From assembly GCF_006345805.1 (NCBI RefSeq), contig NC_043011.1, forward strand, positions 47,318,464-47,382,463: DNA of 64,000 nt, given 5' to 3'. This DNA is from Octopus sinensis. Taxonomy: Eukaryota. The position numbers were made by a program, and so were the translations under genes. Below the pieces are notes generated by a model, which was not told the DNA's origin, ran no database searches, and worked only from the letters and a program-made list of their open reading frames with translations. Below are positions 1-12,050 of the stretch, piece after piece. Position 1 is the stretch's first letter. Each line of letters starts with the position of its first letter.

Positions 1-174
1 ATACATTTCATGAATGTAATACTATTCACCATCAAATACTTCATATTTCTCTCCATATATATCTATATATACACACACATGTACATAAACATATATACAT
101 TAACATGCAGATACATACATGTACTTATATATATATATGTATATATATAATATACTTGAATATATATATATATT

Positions 175-476
175 CAGGTGCAGGAATGGCTGTGTGGTAA
201 GTAGCTTGCTTACCAACCACATGGTTCCGGGTTCGGTCCCACTGCATGGCACCTTGGGCAAGTGTCTTCTACTATAGCCTTGGGCTGACCAAAGCCTTGG
301 GGGTGGATTTGGTAGACGGAAACTAAAGGGAGCCTGTCGTATAAATATATGTATGTGTGTATGTATATGTTTGTCCCCCAAATCACTTGACAACCAATGG
401 TGGTGTGATTATGTCCCTGTAATTTATCAATTCGGCAATAAGTACTAGGCTTACAAAGAATAAGTCCTGGGTTCGA
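175..476 (+). mobile_element. tRNA-headed SINE, family A, 3'-truncated copy
   Basis: Head GGAATGGCTGTGTGGT...GGTTCGGTCCC with Pol III A/B-box-like motifs, then GGCACCTTGGGCAAGTGTCTTCTACTATAGCC and an internal (TA)/(TG) tract. Shared with about 14 copies in the window. Confidence 0.85.
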
Positions 477-809
477 TATATATATATATATTTATATATT
501 TAAGCTGCAGACTTTTGACTTTGGTCATCTAAAGGTGCACATGTAGATAGCTATTGTTGAGTCATATTAATACAATACTGTGTATAATATATACAACATT
601 TATCAATAAAATTTGATAATGATGTGTTGAAAGAATTCTAGTGATATGAAATAAAGCCTGTTCAATCCATATTCAAATTTTTTTTTATTACACTATGGAT
701 ATATGTAACAGTATAACATTTGTTAGCCAATACCTGAAAGGGAACTTTGTAAAGCACATTATGAGGTTATCACACAGATTACACACACACATAAGTATAT
801 ATGTGTATA

Positions 810-1012
810 AAGTTAATCCAAACAAGAAAGCACAACAATGCGAGGATGTGGAACAAATATAGTATTATTGCACGGTCAGGAAAGAAGGAAAGAAGGAGGG
901 TTTAACGTTTCGAGCGGAGCTCTTCGTCGGAAACACAGGAGAAGGAAAGATCCAGAGAAGGGAAGACAGAGGAAAAAAAATCGCCAATGGTACACACGCG
1001 GTCACATTTTGA
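810..1012 (-). mobile_element. Short Penelope-like (pLTR-type) repeat carrying a minimal hammerhead
   Basis: About 200 bp purine-rich element between (CA)/(TA) microsatellites, containing the HHR at 900-934. Confidence 0.6.
900..934 (-). ncRNA. Minimal type I hammerhead ribozyme, U4C core variant
   Basis: Minus strand reads GUUU-CCGACGA-A-GAGC-UCC-GCUC-GAAAC-GUU-AAAC: stem I GUUU/AAAC, stem II GAGC/GCUC, loop-less stem III. Confidence 0.65.
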
Positions 1013-1020
1013 ATATGTGT

Positions 1021-1065
<45 letters not shown>

Positions 1066-1399
1066 ACACACACACACACATATACACTTATATACACACA
1101 CTCATATATACACATGCATATATATATACACACACACATGCTCATATACATTTATCTAGATATATACTCATATGCACATGCAAACACACACACACACATA
1201 CATGTTTGTGAGTGTTTTATGTGGGTGTTGCTCGGTTGGGTTGGATACATGGGTAGATTGATGAGTGAGTGTGTATATTTGAATAAATATAAAACCAATG
1301 ATTAAACATACAGAAATACACAGATGCATGTGCATACATGAAACATCATATTCATGCACACACATATGCATACTTCCATTTCTAACATCTTTGTTTGAA

Positions 1400-1430
1400 T
1401 GAGTGCTTTTATTTCTGATTGTATGCATGA

Positions 1431-1487
<57 letters not shown>

Positions 1488-1502
1488 CACACACATGTAC
1501 AA

Positions 1503-1541
<39 letters not shown>

Positions 1542-1590
1542 CATATAAACACACACACATGTACAAACATATATATATATGCATACAAAC

Positions 1591-1629
<39 letters not shown>

Positions 1630-1902
1630 TACATACAAACATATATATATATACATACAAACATACATATATATATATATATATATACATACAAACATAC
1701 ATATATATATATATACATACAAGCATACATACATATATATACATACAAATATACATATATATATATATACATACAAATATACATATATATATATATACAT
1801 ACAAATATACATGTGTGTATATATATATATATATATATACAAACATACATATATATATATATATATATATACATACAAACATACGTGTGTATATATATAT
1901 GC

Positions 1903-1940
<38 letters not shown>
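1400..1940. repeat. Compound (TG)/(TA)/(CA)/TACA microsatellite
   Basis: Direct inspection. It accounts for the YI/HT-repeat ORFs here. Confidence 0.95.
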
Positions 1941-2213
1941 TTGCACTCATACATACTGTTATACACATTTGCCCACACAAAACATGCATGTATTTGTTTG
2001 TCATGTGGTGTAGTGTATGTGCGTGCTTGTATGCCTATGTGTATATAGATGGGTGTGTGGCTAAAAGCTTAAAAGAGTGAAAATTAATCTGAGATGATTT
2101 CGTCAACGAGAATCTCAAGTATTTCTTGTAGTTTATTAACTTGATAAATGGAAAATATTCTAAATGATTATCATCACTATTACTATTATTATTATTATTA
2201 TTAATAGTAGTAC

Positions 2214-2267
<54 letters not shown>

Positions 2268-3062
2268 TCACCCTCAAGTAGAAGCTCCTTCAACAAGGAT
2301 AGTAGTCAGAAGCAAAAATAAAAATTCGCTCTCTCTCCTCTCAATGACATAGTAAGTAGATATGATTTAGAGACAAACCAACAGTAACAAAAAGAAACAT
2401 TAGAAGCTCAAAGAAGAAAAACAAAAACCAAAACGAAAACAAAATAAAAGCAAACATTTAAAATGAAATTTAAAAAAAAAATATACAACACTGAAATGAA
2501 ATATAATAAAAATATTTGTACGAGAATTTATCTAAAATTATTACTGGAAAATCAAACTTAGATATTTTACATCCAGCATGCAATATAAATTTGGTTGAGT
2601 TATATTGTTGTTTTTTTTTTGTTTTTGTTTTTTTTATCCTCATTATAAGCAATATTGAATATTTTATCTACTACTCTATCTTGCTATCATTCTATCTGAC
2701 TATTTACATACTCACCAACTTAAACTATCTGTGTCTCTACCTCTCCCCTTATCTCTCACCTTATCTACTTTTCAATCCATCCATCTGTCTGTCAGTCAAT
2801 CCATCTATGTATGTTTCTGTCTCTCCGTTTATATTACATCAGTTTATTGTCAGTTCATGCAAGCACTATACATCAATCAGTCAAGCTATTCATTAGCTTC
2901 ACCAGTTTTGTTTGTTTCCTTTCTATTATAACAGCTATTATCCATACACTAACAGCATACAACACATATACTGTATATATATTGTTGAAATAGAAAGGTA
3001 GGGTGAGCTAAGAAGAGAGTTTCTGCATGATTACTTAACCAACTAGAAATATAAACTTAACA

Positions 3063-3227
3063 TAGGCGCAGGAGTGGCTGCGTGGTAAGTAGCTTGCTTA
3101 CCGACCACATGGTTCCGGGTTCAGTCCCACTATGTGGCACCTTGGGTAAGTGTCTTCTACTATGGCCTCAGGCCGACCAAAGCCTTGTGAGTAGATTTGG
3201 TAGACGGAAACTGAACGAAGCCCGTCG

Positions 3228-3258
<31 letters not shown>

Positions 3259-3480
3259 GTGTGTGTATATATTTATGTGCATATATATATGTATATTTGT
3301 GTGTCTGTGTTTGTCCCCACAACATCACTTGACAACCGATGCTGGTGTGTTTACGTCCCCATAGCTAGTTAAGTGCTAGGCTTACAAAGAATAAGTCCTG
3401 TGGTCGATTTGATTTGACTAAAGGTGGTGCTCCAGCATGGCTGCAGTCAAATGACTGAAATGAGTAAAAGAGTAAAAGAG
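3063..3480 (+). mobile_element. SINE family A, near full length
   Basis: From TAGGCGCAGGAGTGGCTG through the GTAAAAGA GTAAAAGAG tandem tail. Confidence 0.9.
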
Positions 3481-3484
3481 TATA

Positions 3485-3800
3485 GGAGCACTCCATCGGT
3501 TATGACGATGAGGGTCCCACCTGATACGGAACAGCTTGCTCATGAAATTAACGTGCAAGTGGCTGAGCACTCCACAGACATGTGTACTCTTAATGTAGTT
3601 TGCAAGGAGATTTAGTGTGACACAGAGTGTGACAAGGCTGGCCCTTTTTTGAAACACAGGTACTACTCATTTTTTCCAGCTGAGTGGACTGGAGCAACGT
3701 GAATTAAAGTGTCTTGCTCAAGGACACAATGTGTGACCAGAAATCGAACTCACAACCTTACGGTCATGAGCCAAATGCCCTAACAACTATGCCATGCACC
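3485..3800 (-). mobile_element. tRNA-headed SINE, family C
   Basis: tRNA-like head at the right end (plus strand AATCGAACTC...CCTAACAACTATGCCA) and GTGTCTTGCTCAAGGACAC core. Homologous to 6312-6860 and, in part, 41430-41712. Confidence 0.8.
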
Positions 3801-4554
3801 GCATCCAAAATCACAATATTGTCTATAATAAGGAAAGGAATTTTTGGATTAATTAGACAGGTTGGTCACAGCTGGATTACTCATGATCATAGTACTGTTC
3901 TGTTAGGATAGGCCTGGGGTTAAACAACAACTAGAAGGGCAGAGCTTAATTGATACAATGCTTATGGCTTGGATAAGCTCAACAGAGACTCTGTACTCAC
4001 TGAACTCTAATCATTCATTGATTAATACTTTTGTTAATTGGACAAGGTAATGTCAGTCAATTTTATCTGTTTTCACACTTGAGATAAATATATATTGATT
4101 TATTGATTAGCTGATTGATTTAATTTATTTCAAAAGCTAATCTGTTTTGGAACTGAAAATAGGATTAACAGTTATAATTAAAGTTAAAAGCTAATCATGT
4201 TGCTGTTGTTGTTGTTGTTGTTGGTAGTAATGCTAAACCCCTACCCAGCTCTGACCAATGACCAGGCCTGACCTGATCAAAGGTAACCAAATAACCCTAA
4301 AATCCTTTGTTATTTTGGCACAATGCCAGCAACTTTCAGGTGTGGGGAAAATCAATGATATTGCTCCCCCTCCCCCACCCCTTATGCTTATTGACCCTGA
4401 GAAGATCAAAGGCAAAGCCAGCCTCAGGGGAATTTCAACTCAGAATGTAAAAATGGACCAAATGTTGCTAAATCTTTTGTCTGACATGCTAAAAATTTTG
4501 TCAGCTTAATGCCTTACAGAAAAATCTCCCTAAAATAATATATTAATGTACCCA

Positions 4555-5010
4555 GTACTGCCTGACTGGCACCCATCCCAGTGGCATGTAAAAAGCACCA
4601 TTCAAGTGTGACCAATGCCAGTGCCATCTAACTGGCACCCATCCCAGTGGCATGTAAAAAGCACCATTCAAATGTGACCAGTGCCAGTGCCGCCTGACTG
4701 GAAACCATCCCAGTGGCATGTAAAAATCACTATTCAAGTATGACTGATGTCAGTGCTGCCTGACTGGCACAAAAAAAGTACCATTTGAGCATGGCCAATG
4801 CCAGTGCCACCTGCCTGTCTCCTGTGCCGGTGGCAGGTAAAAGCACCCATTGCACTCTCAGAGTGGTTGATGTTAGGAAGGGCATCCAGCTGCAGATACC
4901 TTTCCAAATCAGACTGGAGCCTGGTCCAGCCTCCCGGCTTGCCAGTTTTCAGTCAAAACATCCAACCCATACCAGCATGGAAAGCAGATGTTAAACGATG
5001 TCGATGATGG
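4555..5010 (+). mobile_element. Family D repeat (RTE LINE 3'UTR-type) with an internal 66-bp tandem
   Basis: About 3.5 units of 66 bp, then GTGGTTGATGTTAGGAAGGGCATCCAGCTG...CCAGCATGGAAAGCAGATGTTAAA and a (GAT)n tail. Confidence 0.8.
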
Positions 5011-5084
5011 TCATGATCCTCAGGATGATCTTTAAGATGTATTAATATATTAATGTCGAAAAAGAGGAGCAAGCTGGAAAACCA

Positions 5085-5270
5085 ATGCTCTGACCAAAAT
5101 GATCCAACCATAGCCATCTCACTTATCCTGATAATATATCCAAGATTACATTATCCATTGTTTCCTTCTATCTTTAGGTAGGAAGTTGTAGTTTGAGGAG
5201 AGTAACTTTGGCTGCTATTTCTAGATATGTGAGTCACCACATTAAGGCTCCCTCTCACTTGCTCTTGGTT
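5085..5270 (+). mobile_element. Unclassified interspersed repeat, family E
   Basis: Motif TTTGAGG..AG..TTGGCTGCTATTTCTAG recurs, degenerate, near 6860-7085(-), 17190-17385(+), 18360-18575(-), 58570-58720(-), 58980-59100(+) and 62690-62850(+). Confidence 0.65.
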
Positions 5271-6311
5271 GATTTACTGTGTGAGTTAAAATTTTACCTT
5301 AGGTAAATTTGCCTTTCATTTTTCTCTAATCAATGAAACAAGCACAAAAATATACCAGGTCTAATTAATTTGAGATTTATTTTACTAACATAAAACAACT
5401 GAAACAGCATTTATAAAGAAAAAAGACGTCTATTGCCAAAGAAAAGAATGAATTGCAGCAATAAATACATAAATGCAAGAGATTTAAATTATATTCTAAG
5501 ATTATTGTTGATTTTAGAAAGATTTGTATGTCTTCTCTTATCTTTATCCTATACATTAAAAGTTTAATTCTGTGAAAGCGTTAATTCCATGATAAAACAT
5601 GAACAAATATATTCTACCTGCAGACCATCTTGCAAGAAATAATAGACAAATACCCCTCATATCATACCTTTGTATCTCGCACATGTTTAAGAAAAGAACA
5701 TATTGGACAATGTAGTTATAGACATTCCTATTAACATTAACACCAATAAGAGAACTTCTATTGGTCCTAGGTTCCCTTGTTTGAAAATTTAAGGACACAA
5801 ATCATGTCGTATAGCCAGCTGGGGATGATATCTTCTGGGGCTTAATTACAGCAACATTTGTCCTAAACCAGGACTGCTATGTTTTGCTGACAAACAATCT
5901 TTACTCCAAAGTACTGTTGCTGAGTATCTCTCATTAGATTTACAATTAGTAATTTTCTAACTCCTATAAGGTCATTCAAGTTGCTAGAAGTATCAATGCC
6001 ATGCCCTCAAACTGTGAAGGCACACATTGTAACCTTGAGTACATTGTAATTTTGAGTAAAAGCTATTCATTTTACATTGCTTCATATACTCAGCTGTAAT
6101 GAGTAGCAGCTAGGTGCTGATGTAACCCTCTCTCCCTGCAGCTTTCCCATCTTTGATATTCCACTAGGACCAAAAGTTGGGGCAGGTGTATCATGTGAAG
6201 TTGTCTAAATTTTCCAAGTACTACATAATCACTTAAAGCAATTAGTGAAGGCATGGTACCCGTTACCAAGTCATACCTAACTAACACTCTATTGGCTACA
6301 ATGTTGAGCAT

Positions 6312-6860
6312 TCCAGTTGATCCGATCAATGGAACAGCCTGCTCATGAAATTAACATGAAAATGGCCAAGTGCTCCACAGACATGCATACCTATTTCTTT
6401 ACTACCCACAAGGGGCTAAACACAGAGGGGACAAACAAGGACAGACAGACGGACGGATTAAGTCGATTATATCGACCCCAGTGCGTAACAGATACTTAAT
6501 TTATCGACCCTGAAAGGATGAAAGGCAAAGTCAACCTAGGCGGAATTTGAACTCAGAACATAACAACAGACAAAATACCGCTAAGCATTTCGTCTGGCAT
6601 GCTAACGATTCTGCCATCTCACCGCCTTTGCTCCACTGACATGCATACCCTTAAAGTAGTTCTCAGGGAGATTCAGTGTGACACAGAATACAACAAGGTT
6701 GGCCATTTGGATGATAGGTACAACTCATTTTTGACAGCTGAGTGGACTGAAGCAACATGAAATAAAGTGTCTTGCTCAAGAATACAATGTGCCATCAGAT
6801 ATTGAACTCACAACCTTTATGATCATGAGCCAACTACTATTAACCACTAAGTCATGCACC
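6312..6860 (-). mobile_element. SINE family C, interrupted by a family B insertion
   Basis: The two halves join into the 3485-3800 consensus. The duplicated target lies at 6371-6391 and 6629-6649. Confidence 0.8.
6392..6628 (-). mobile_element. tRNA-headed SINE, family B, with a 21-bp TSD
   Basis: Minus strand AGGCGGTGAGATGGCAGAATCGTTAGC...GTTCTGAGTTCAAATTCC...AAAGAAATA. Flanked by TGCTCCAC(A/T)GACATGCATACC. Confidence 0.9.
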
Positions 6861-7454
6861 TTCATACCAAGCCATAGTTGTAAACAAATGACAGCTAGCT
6901 ATAATCTTGTAAACCACACCTGTTTTCCAAAGCAAAACATTACAAAACAAATTAAATTAAACTAGATGCCTTTGTCACAGGGGTTTATTATAGCAAAAGA
7001 AAAGGAAGACAGGATGGTCATGGCTGGAATGCTTTTGTTATAGTCAGTCCTATATGAGCAGGATTAACCTTAAGCTAAACAACAGCAACAAATGTAAACT
7101 ATAATGTCTTTTCAGAATACTGTTTCCATAGAATTTCATAGAAAATTTAACTCCACCACCATCTCTCCACCTACATACTGTCTGCTGTCCAAAATTAGTT
7201 TGATGCCGCAGGAAGAAGAATCAAAATTTAGAAATGTAGTTGAGGAAATAATTAAGAAAAAAAATAAAAACCCACAGAAACAGGAAAAGTGTTGTTTCAT
7301 TGTAAAAATTAAAATTGAAGTGGATTTATTAATTTTCAAAAGTAATTCTATTTTCTCAATTACTTCAATAAATGCATTTATTTGCTTGGCTTTCATCCTT
7401 GATTCCAGAATATAGGATTGTGTTTGGTTTTGTTGCTATAGCTGAGTTGTGTGA

Positions 7455-7520
7455 GTGTATATGTGTATGTGTGTGTGTATACACGCACACACATATGTAT
7501 ATATGTGTTGCATATATATC

Positions 7521-7577
<57 letters not shown>

Positions 7578-7603
7578 GCATATATATACATATATATACA
7601 TAC

Positions 7604-7651
<48 letters not shown>

Positions 7652-7745
7652 ATATATACATATACATACATATATATATATATAAATACATATATATATA
7701 TACACACATATATATATATACACATATATATACACATATATATAC

Positions 7746-7778
<33 letters not shown>

Positions 7779-7925
7779 TATATATGTGTGTGTGTCTGTA
7801 TATATACATACATACATATATATATATGCATATGTCTATATATATGCATGTTTATGCATGTGTATATGTCCACATATGTATGTTCATGCTTGTGTGTATA
7901 TATACATACATACATACATACAGAG
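7455..7925. repeat. Compound (TA)/(CA) microsatellite
   Basis: Direct inspection. Confidence 0.95.
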
Positions 7926-8402
7926 ATGTGTATGTATGTTGATTTTACATTTTAATTGAAATCTTACCAAAGTGAAATTGAATTGGGAAATTATATCATT
8001 GATTTTTTTTTGTTTGTTTTTAGTTTATTTTAAAAAGCAGATTTTCATTAAATGCAACAATTAATAAATTGCTAATACTGTAATGACTTTCGCTATATAT
8101 TTACAAAGAGAATGTTTTAGTACAAGTATAAAATTTTTAATTACCACAATCTGCATTTAATTTTCTCCCCAATTTTCGTCTCGTTATTGCATTCTAATAA
8201 TGCTCTATGAATACAGGTCAGTTAAGATTGATAAATAAAATCTGTGGAGTGGATTCACTGAATGTAGTGCAACATTTATTTCTGCCTGTCGACATTTTTG
8301 TGTTCAAATCCCACACAAATCAACTTTGGTTGTCATCAACCAAAGTTACTTTTATCTATAAAGTAACTACCAGTAATAACCTTTGGGTGTGTCTATATAT
8401 AT

Positions 8403-8620
8403 ATTTCTTTACTGCCCACAAGGGGCTAAACATAGAGGGGACAAACAAGGACAAAGGAATCACAATGACCCCAGTTGCAAAACTGGTATTTTATTTATCG
8501 ACCCCGAAAGGATGAAAGGCAAAGTCGACCTCGGCGGAATTTGAACTCAGAACATAGCGACAGACGAAATACCGCTAAACATTTCGCCCGGCGTGCTAAC
8601 GTTTCTGCCAGCTCGCCACC
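8403..8620 (-). mobile_element. SINE family B, internally deleted
   Basis: Matches 6392-6628 and 58721-58952. Confidence 0.85.
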
Positions 8621-8707
8621 TATGTCTATATATATGTATGTGTATCCATGGGTATATGTGTACATATGTGTCCCCTTTGAAACTATGGTCTTTATTGAAG
8701 GAAATTA

Positions 8708-9045
8708 AAGGCGTAGGTGTGGCTGTGTGGTCAGAAGCTTGTTTCGAAACAGCATGGTTCCAGGTTCAGTCCCATTGCATAGCATCTTCGGCAAGTATCT
8801 TCTACTATGGCCCCAGGCCAACCAAAGTGTTGTGAGTGGATTTGGTAGATGGAAACTGAAAGAAGCCTGTTGTATATATTTATGTGTGTGTGCCTTTGTG
8901 TTTGTCCACCCCCCATCACATCTTGACAAATGGTGTTGGTATGTTTATGTTCCTGTAACTTAATGGTTTGGCAAAAGTGACCAATAGATTAAGTACTAGG
9001 TGTAAAAACTTAGTCCTGGGGTTGATTTCTCCTACTAAAGCCCTC
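8708..9045 (+). mobile_element. SINE family A, diverged
   Basis: Homology to 3063-3480. Confidence 0.8.
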
Positions 9046-9049
9046 ATTT

Positions 9050-9249
9050 GCCTCAGCGCATCTTTGTGTTTTGCGAAGATGCGTTATCATGTGCTTTAGC
9101 TTTCAAACGTGCATGCCTTTTTGATTTGAGAAATGCAGGGAATAATTAACGATTTAGAGCAAGTGAATGAGAAGAGAGTGAAATTTTCATGAAAGACCAA
9201 ATATGCTTGACTAGCACTAGACCCAGTAACGCCGGGTCATAGTGCTAGT
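9050..9249 (+). mobile_element. Possible non-autonomous Helitron-like 3' end
   Basis: Hairpin GACCC-AGTAACGCC-GGGTC, then ATAGTG-CTAG|T at 9220-9249. Second hairpin CGCATCTT...AAGATGCG near 9057-9083. Confidence 0.35.
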
Positions 9250-11209
9250 GTTATCTTAGAATATCTTTGCTACACCATTGTTGTTAGTACACTTATTTTT
9301 GCCAGAAGTGAATAGTGCTGATGGCAATGTGAGTTAACTTTTAAAGGACCTCTGTCTTATTAGCTGTAAATAAGTACCATTGGGTTAAACAGTGATGAGA
9401 TTTCTACATGTTTGCTCAATCTGTTGGAAAGAAAAATCCTAGCGAAATCTCCTAAAATCACATCCTTCTGTCTTTAAAAAATGTTGATCACTTTTGAGCC
9501 TTTGCAAAAGTGAATGACAGAAGAGAATGTCACGACTGGAAAACCTGTTATGATAGATCTGCTCAATTATTGCTGACCTGAAGTTAAATAACAGGTAAAA
9601 CTGAAGACTTGCAATATTGACTAGAATTTTTGAAAACTTCTAGCTCTGAGTTCAAATCCTATAAACACTAAATCTTAAGCAAAAATCTTTTCAAGTTTAA
9701 CAATCACATCACTTTTTGCTTGAGAAATTTGATTAGATTAATAACTGATTCTGTTCATCCTACTTGGGTGAAATATTGATTTATAGAGCGATTGATTTCT
9801 TGGTTGATTAATTTAAATGTTTATTAATTGATATATTTATTGACTGATTGATTTATTGGTTGGTTGACTAATTTATTTATTTATTTACTAAGAGATATAT
9901 TTAAGTGATTTATTAATTTATTTATTTACGATATATTTACTACTTGGTTGATTGAGGTGACAAATTAGTAGATTTGTTGTAATGTCAGACAGAATGTGTA
10001 ACAATATTTTTCCAGTAGTCAAAGTTCAAATCATGCTGGAACCAACATTGCTTTTCATCCTTCCAGGTTTGGTAAATAAGCTACCAATTCAGAGCAGTAA
10101 ACCAGTGGAATTGGTTAAGTATCAGATGATATTCCTGATGGTATCTATTCTGGCTTTTGGCATTCTGAGCTCAAATTTGCCTTCTATCACCAGCTTCCTT
10201 ATGGCATGGAAATAAATCTTTCCATCCATCTATAAGTGATAGGTCAATGTGAAATGAAGTGACACCTCAGTCTTATCAGCAAACTCTGCACCAAACAGGA
10301 TAAAGGATAAACAGGATAGAAAAAAAAATGACTGAGTAGTTGATTTATTTATTAAATGATTTATTGATTGAGTGATTGACTGAACCACTTATTTCCTCCT
10401 TATTTGTAAGCAGCTAATACGCTAGTGCTTCATGATGTTGCAATGCAGTGTTTCAATTCTTTCATTATACATGTCACTTGTGAGAGACCTAGGATGCCTT
10501 GCACATTACATACACTATACAAAAGCAAAAGTTTTGCAAGATACTGTGAAAACTCAATGCTTTATAAAGCATAAAACATGAACATTAAAACAAGATTTTA
10601 TGAACATTGAGTTCTTGGAGAGGTTACAATACAACAATTCCCGAAACAGGTACATATCTGTAAGGTAGACTTTAAAGTCATTTTAATTTACTCCTCATAC
10701 TTTATTTTTTGAACTTATTCTGTTGGTTCCATTTTTTTTTCTCACAGCTAAGTTGTGAAGACATAAAAAAACCAACACTGGTTATTGAGCAGTTCTGGGG
10801 AGACACACATACACACGTGCACAGCACAAAGTCTTGCTGTTTATGAAATAAGAATATAACATTCTCTTCTATGCTTTTGATGTGAAGAAAAAAAGATTTG
10901 GAAGTTTCCTGACAGACCATTTCATGCTGCATTGGCTGCTCTTCAGAAATTTCCTAAGTTCTTTTTTTTCTAGTCAATGGCATAGAATATTTAGCTACAA
11001 TATGAAGCAGCACCAAAGTAAATAATTAATTTGTATTTTTCTGCTTTTGACAACTCATAATTAATTAAACAATACTCAATGGAAGGCTTCCATATAGTTT
11101 TCATCCACTTGAAAAACATGTCAAGCTGAGTAAAAGCGTGATTGCCTTTACATACAGGTTCATCCCCTGAAGCCCTCGCCAGCTGAGCAATCCTAACCTT
11201 GCAGGCTTG

Positions 11210-11420
11210 TAGGTGCTGGTGCCTTGCAAAAATCATCCATGCCAGTGCTGTGTAAAAGCACCCAGTACACTTTGGTAAGTGGCTGGCATTGGCAAGATCA
11301 TCCGGCAGTAGAAACCATGCCAAAACAGACATGGAACCTGAACAACCCTTCAGCTGCTCAGGTCCTGTCAAACCACCCAACCCATGCCAGCATGGAAAAC
11401 AGACGTTAAATAACGATGAT
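11210..11420 (+). mobile_element. Family D fragment
   Basis: AAAAGCACCCAGTACAC...CCCATGCCAGCATGGAAAACAGACGTTAAATAACGATGATGAT. Confidence 0.75.
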
Positions 11421-11845
11421 GATAAATTGATATATTCTTGAAGAGATTTACTTTCATTCCATTTTAGCACCTTAAAGGTGAACTAATAGATTGCTTTATA
11501 AAGATTAAAGATATTTCTATGAAAACAAAAGAAAATTTTTTCTGTATCTATCTTATAAATTAAGAGCAAGACAGACTCAAGAAAAAAATAGCAGTGACAG
11601 TGTCTACAGATGGAAGGTGAAAGTCTCTGATAAATAATATCTCATAATAATAAGATTTTTTTGTCTGCGTTTTATATTGGCAAGAATTGATAGGTATTCT
11701 GTCAACCTATGCCAGTGTGGAAAAGTTGTGCTTTGCTGCCATGTCCTTCTTGTAGCCAACCTTCACCACAATTTTCACAACATACAAGGTCAGGTAAAAT
11801 GAATAGCCTTGCTTTACTTTGGTCCCTCAAGTCCTTGAGCGAGTT

Positions 11846-12050
11846 GCTGTTGTTGTTAAGCAACAAGACGGGTAAGGGTGATTAGGGGATGGTCTAGAGC
11901 TTAGGGGCAAGAGACCCCAGACCTTGGGAAAAAAAAAACCTTAGTCGTCTTGTTGTAGTCGAGGGCTCTTTGTTGACGCCTGACACCACTGGGAGGTGGC
12001 CCTCGAAGTCGCTAGAAATGGAGATCTCCAGGTCCAAATTCTTGAACAGC
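11846..12050 (-). mobile_element. Unclassified retroposed element with (AAC)n tail and 10-bp TSD
   Basis: Second copy at about 51085-51305. TSD TGAGCGAGTT (11836-11845) / TGAGTGAGTT (12051-12060). Confidence 0.75.

Noticed and set aside
838-2352. Long YI/HT/CV/poly-N ORFs, here and throughout the track
   Set aside because: These are read-throughs of (TA), (CA), (AAT), (TCTA) and (ATGT) microsatellites, with no splice or domain support.
4555-4790. CRISPR-like array
   Set aside because: Whole units repeat with no unique spacers, in a eukaryotic repeat context.
5556-5798. 80-aa minus ORF, and a plus-strand candidate exon TILQEIIDKYPSYH...
   Set aside because: No recognisable family, and the splice signals are only partial and conflict between strands.
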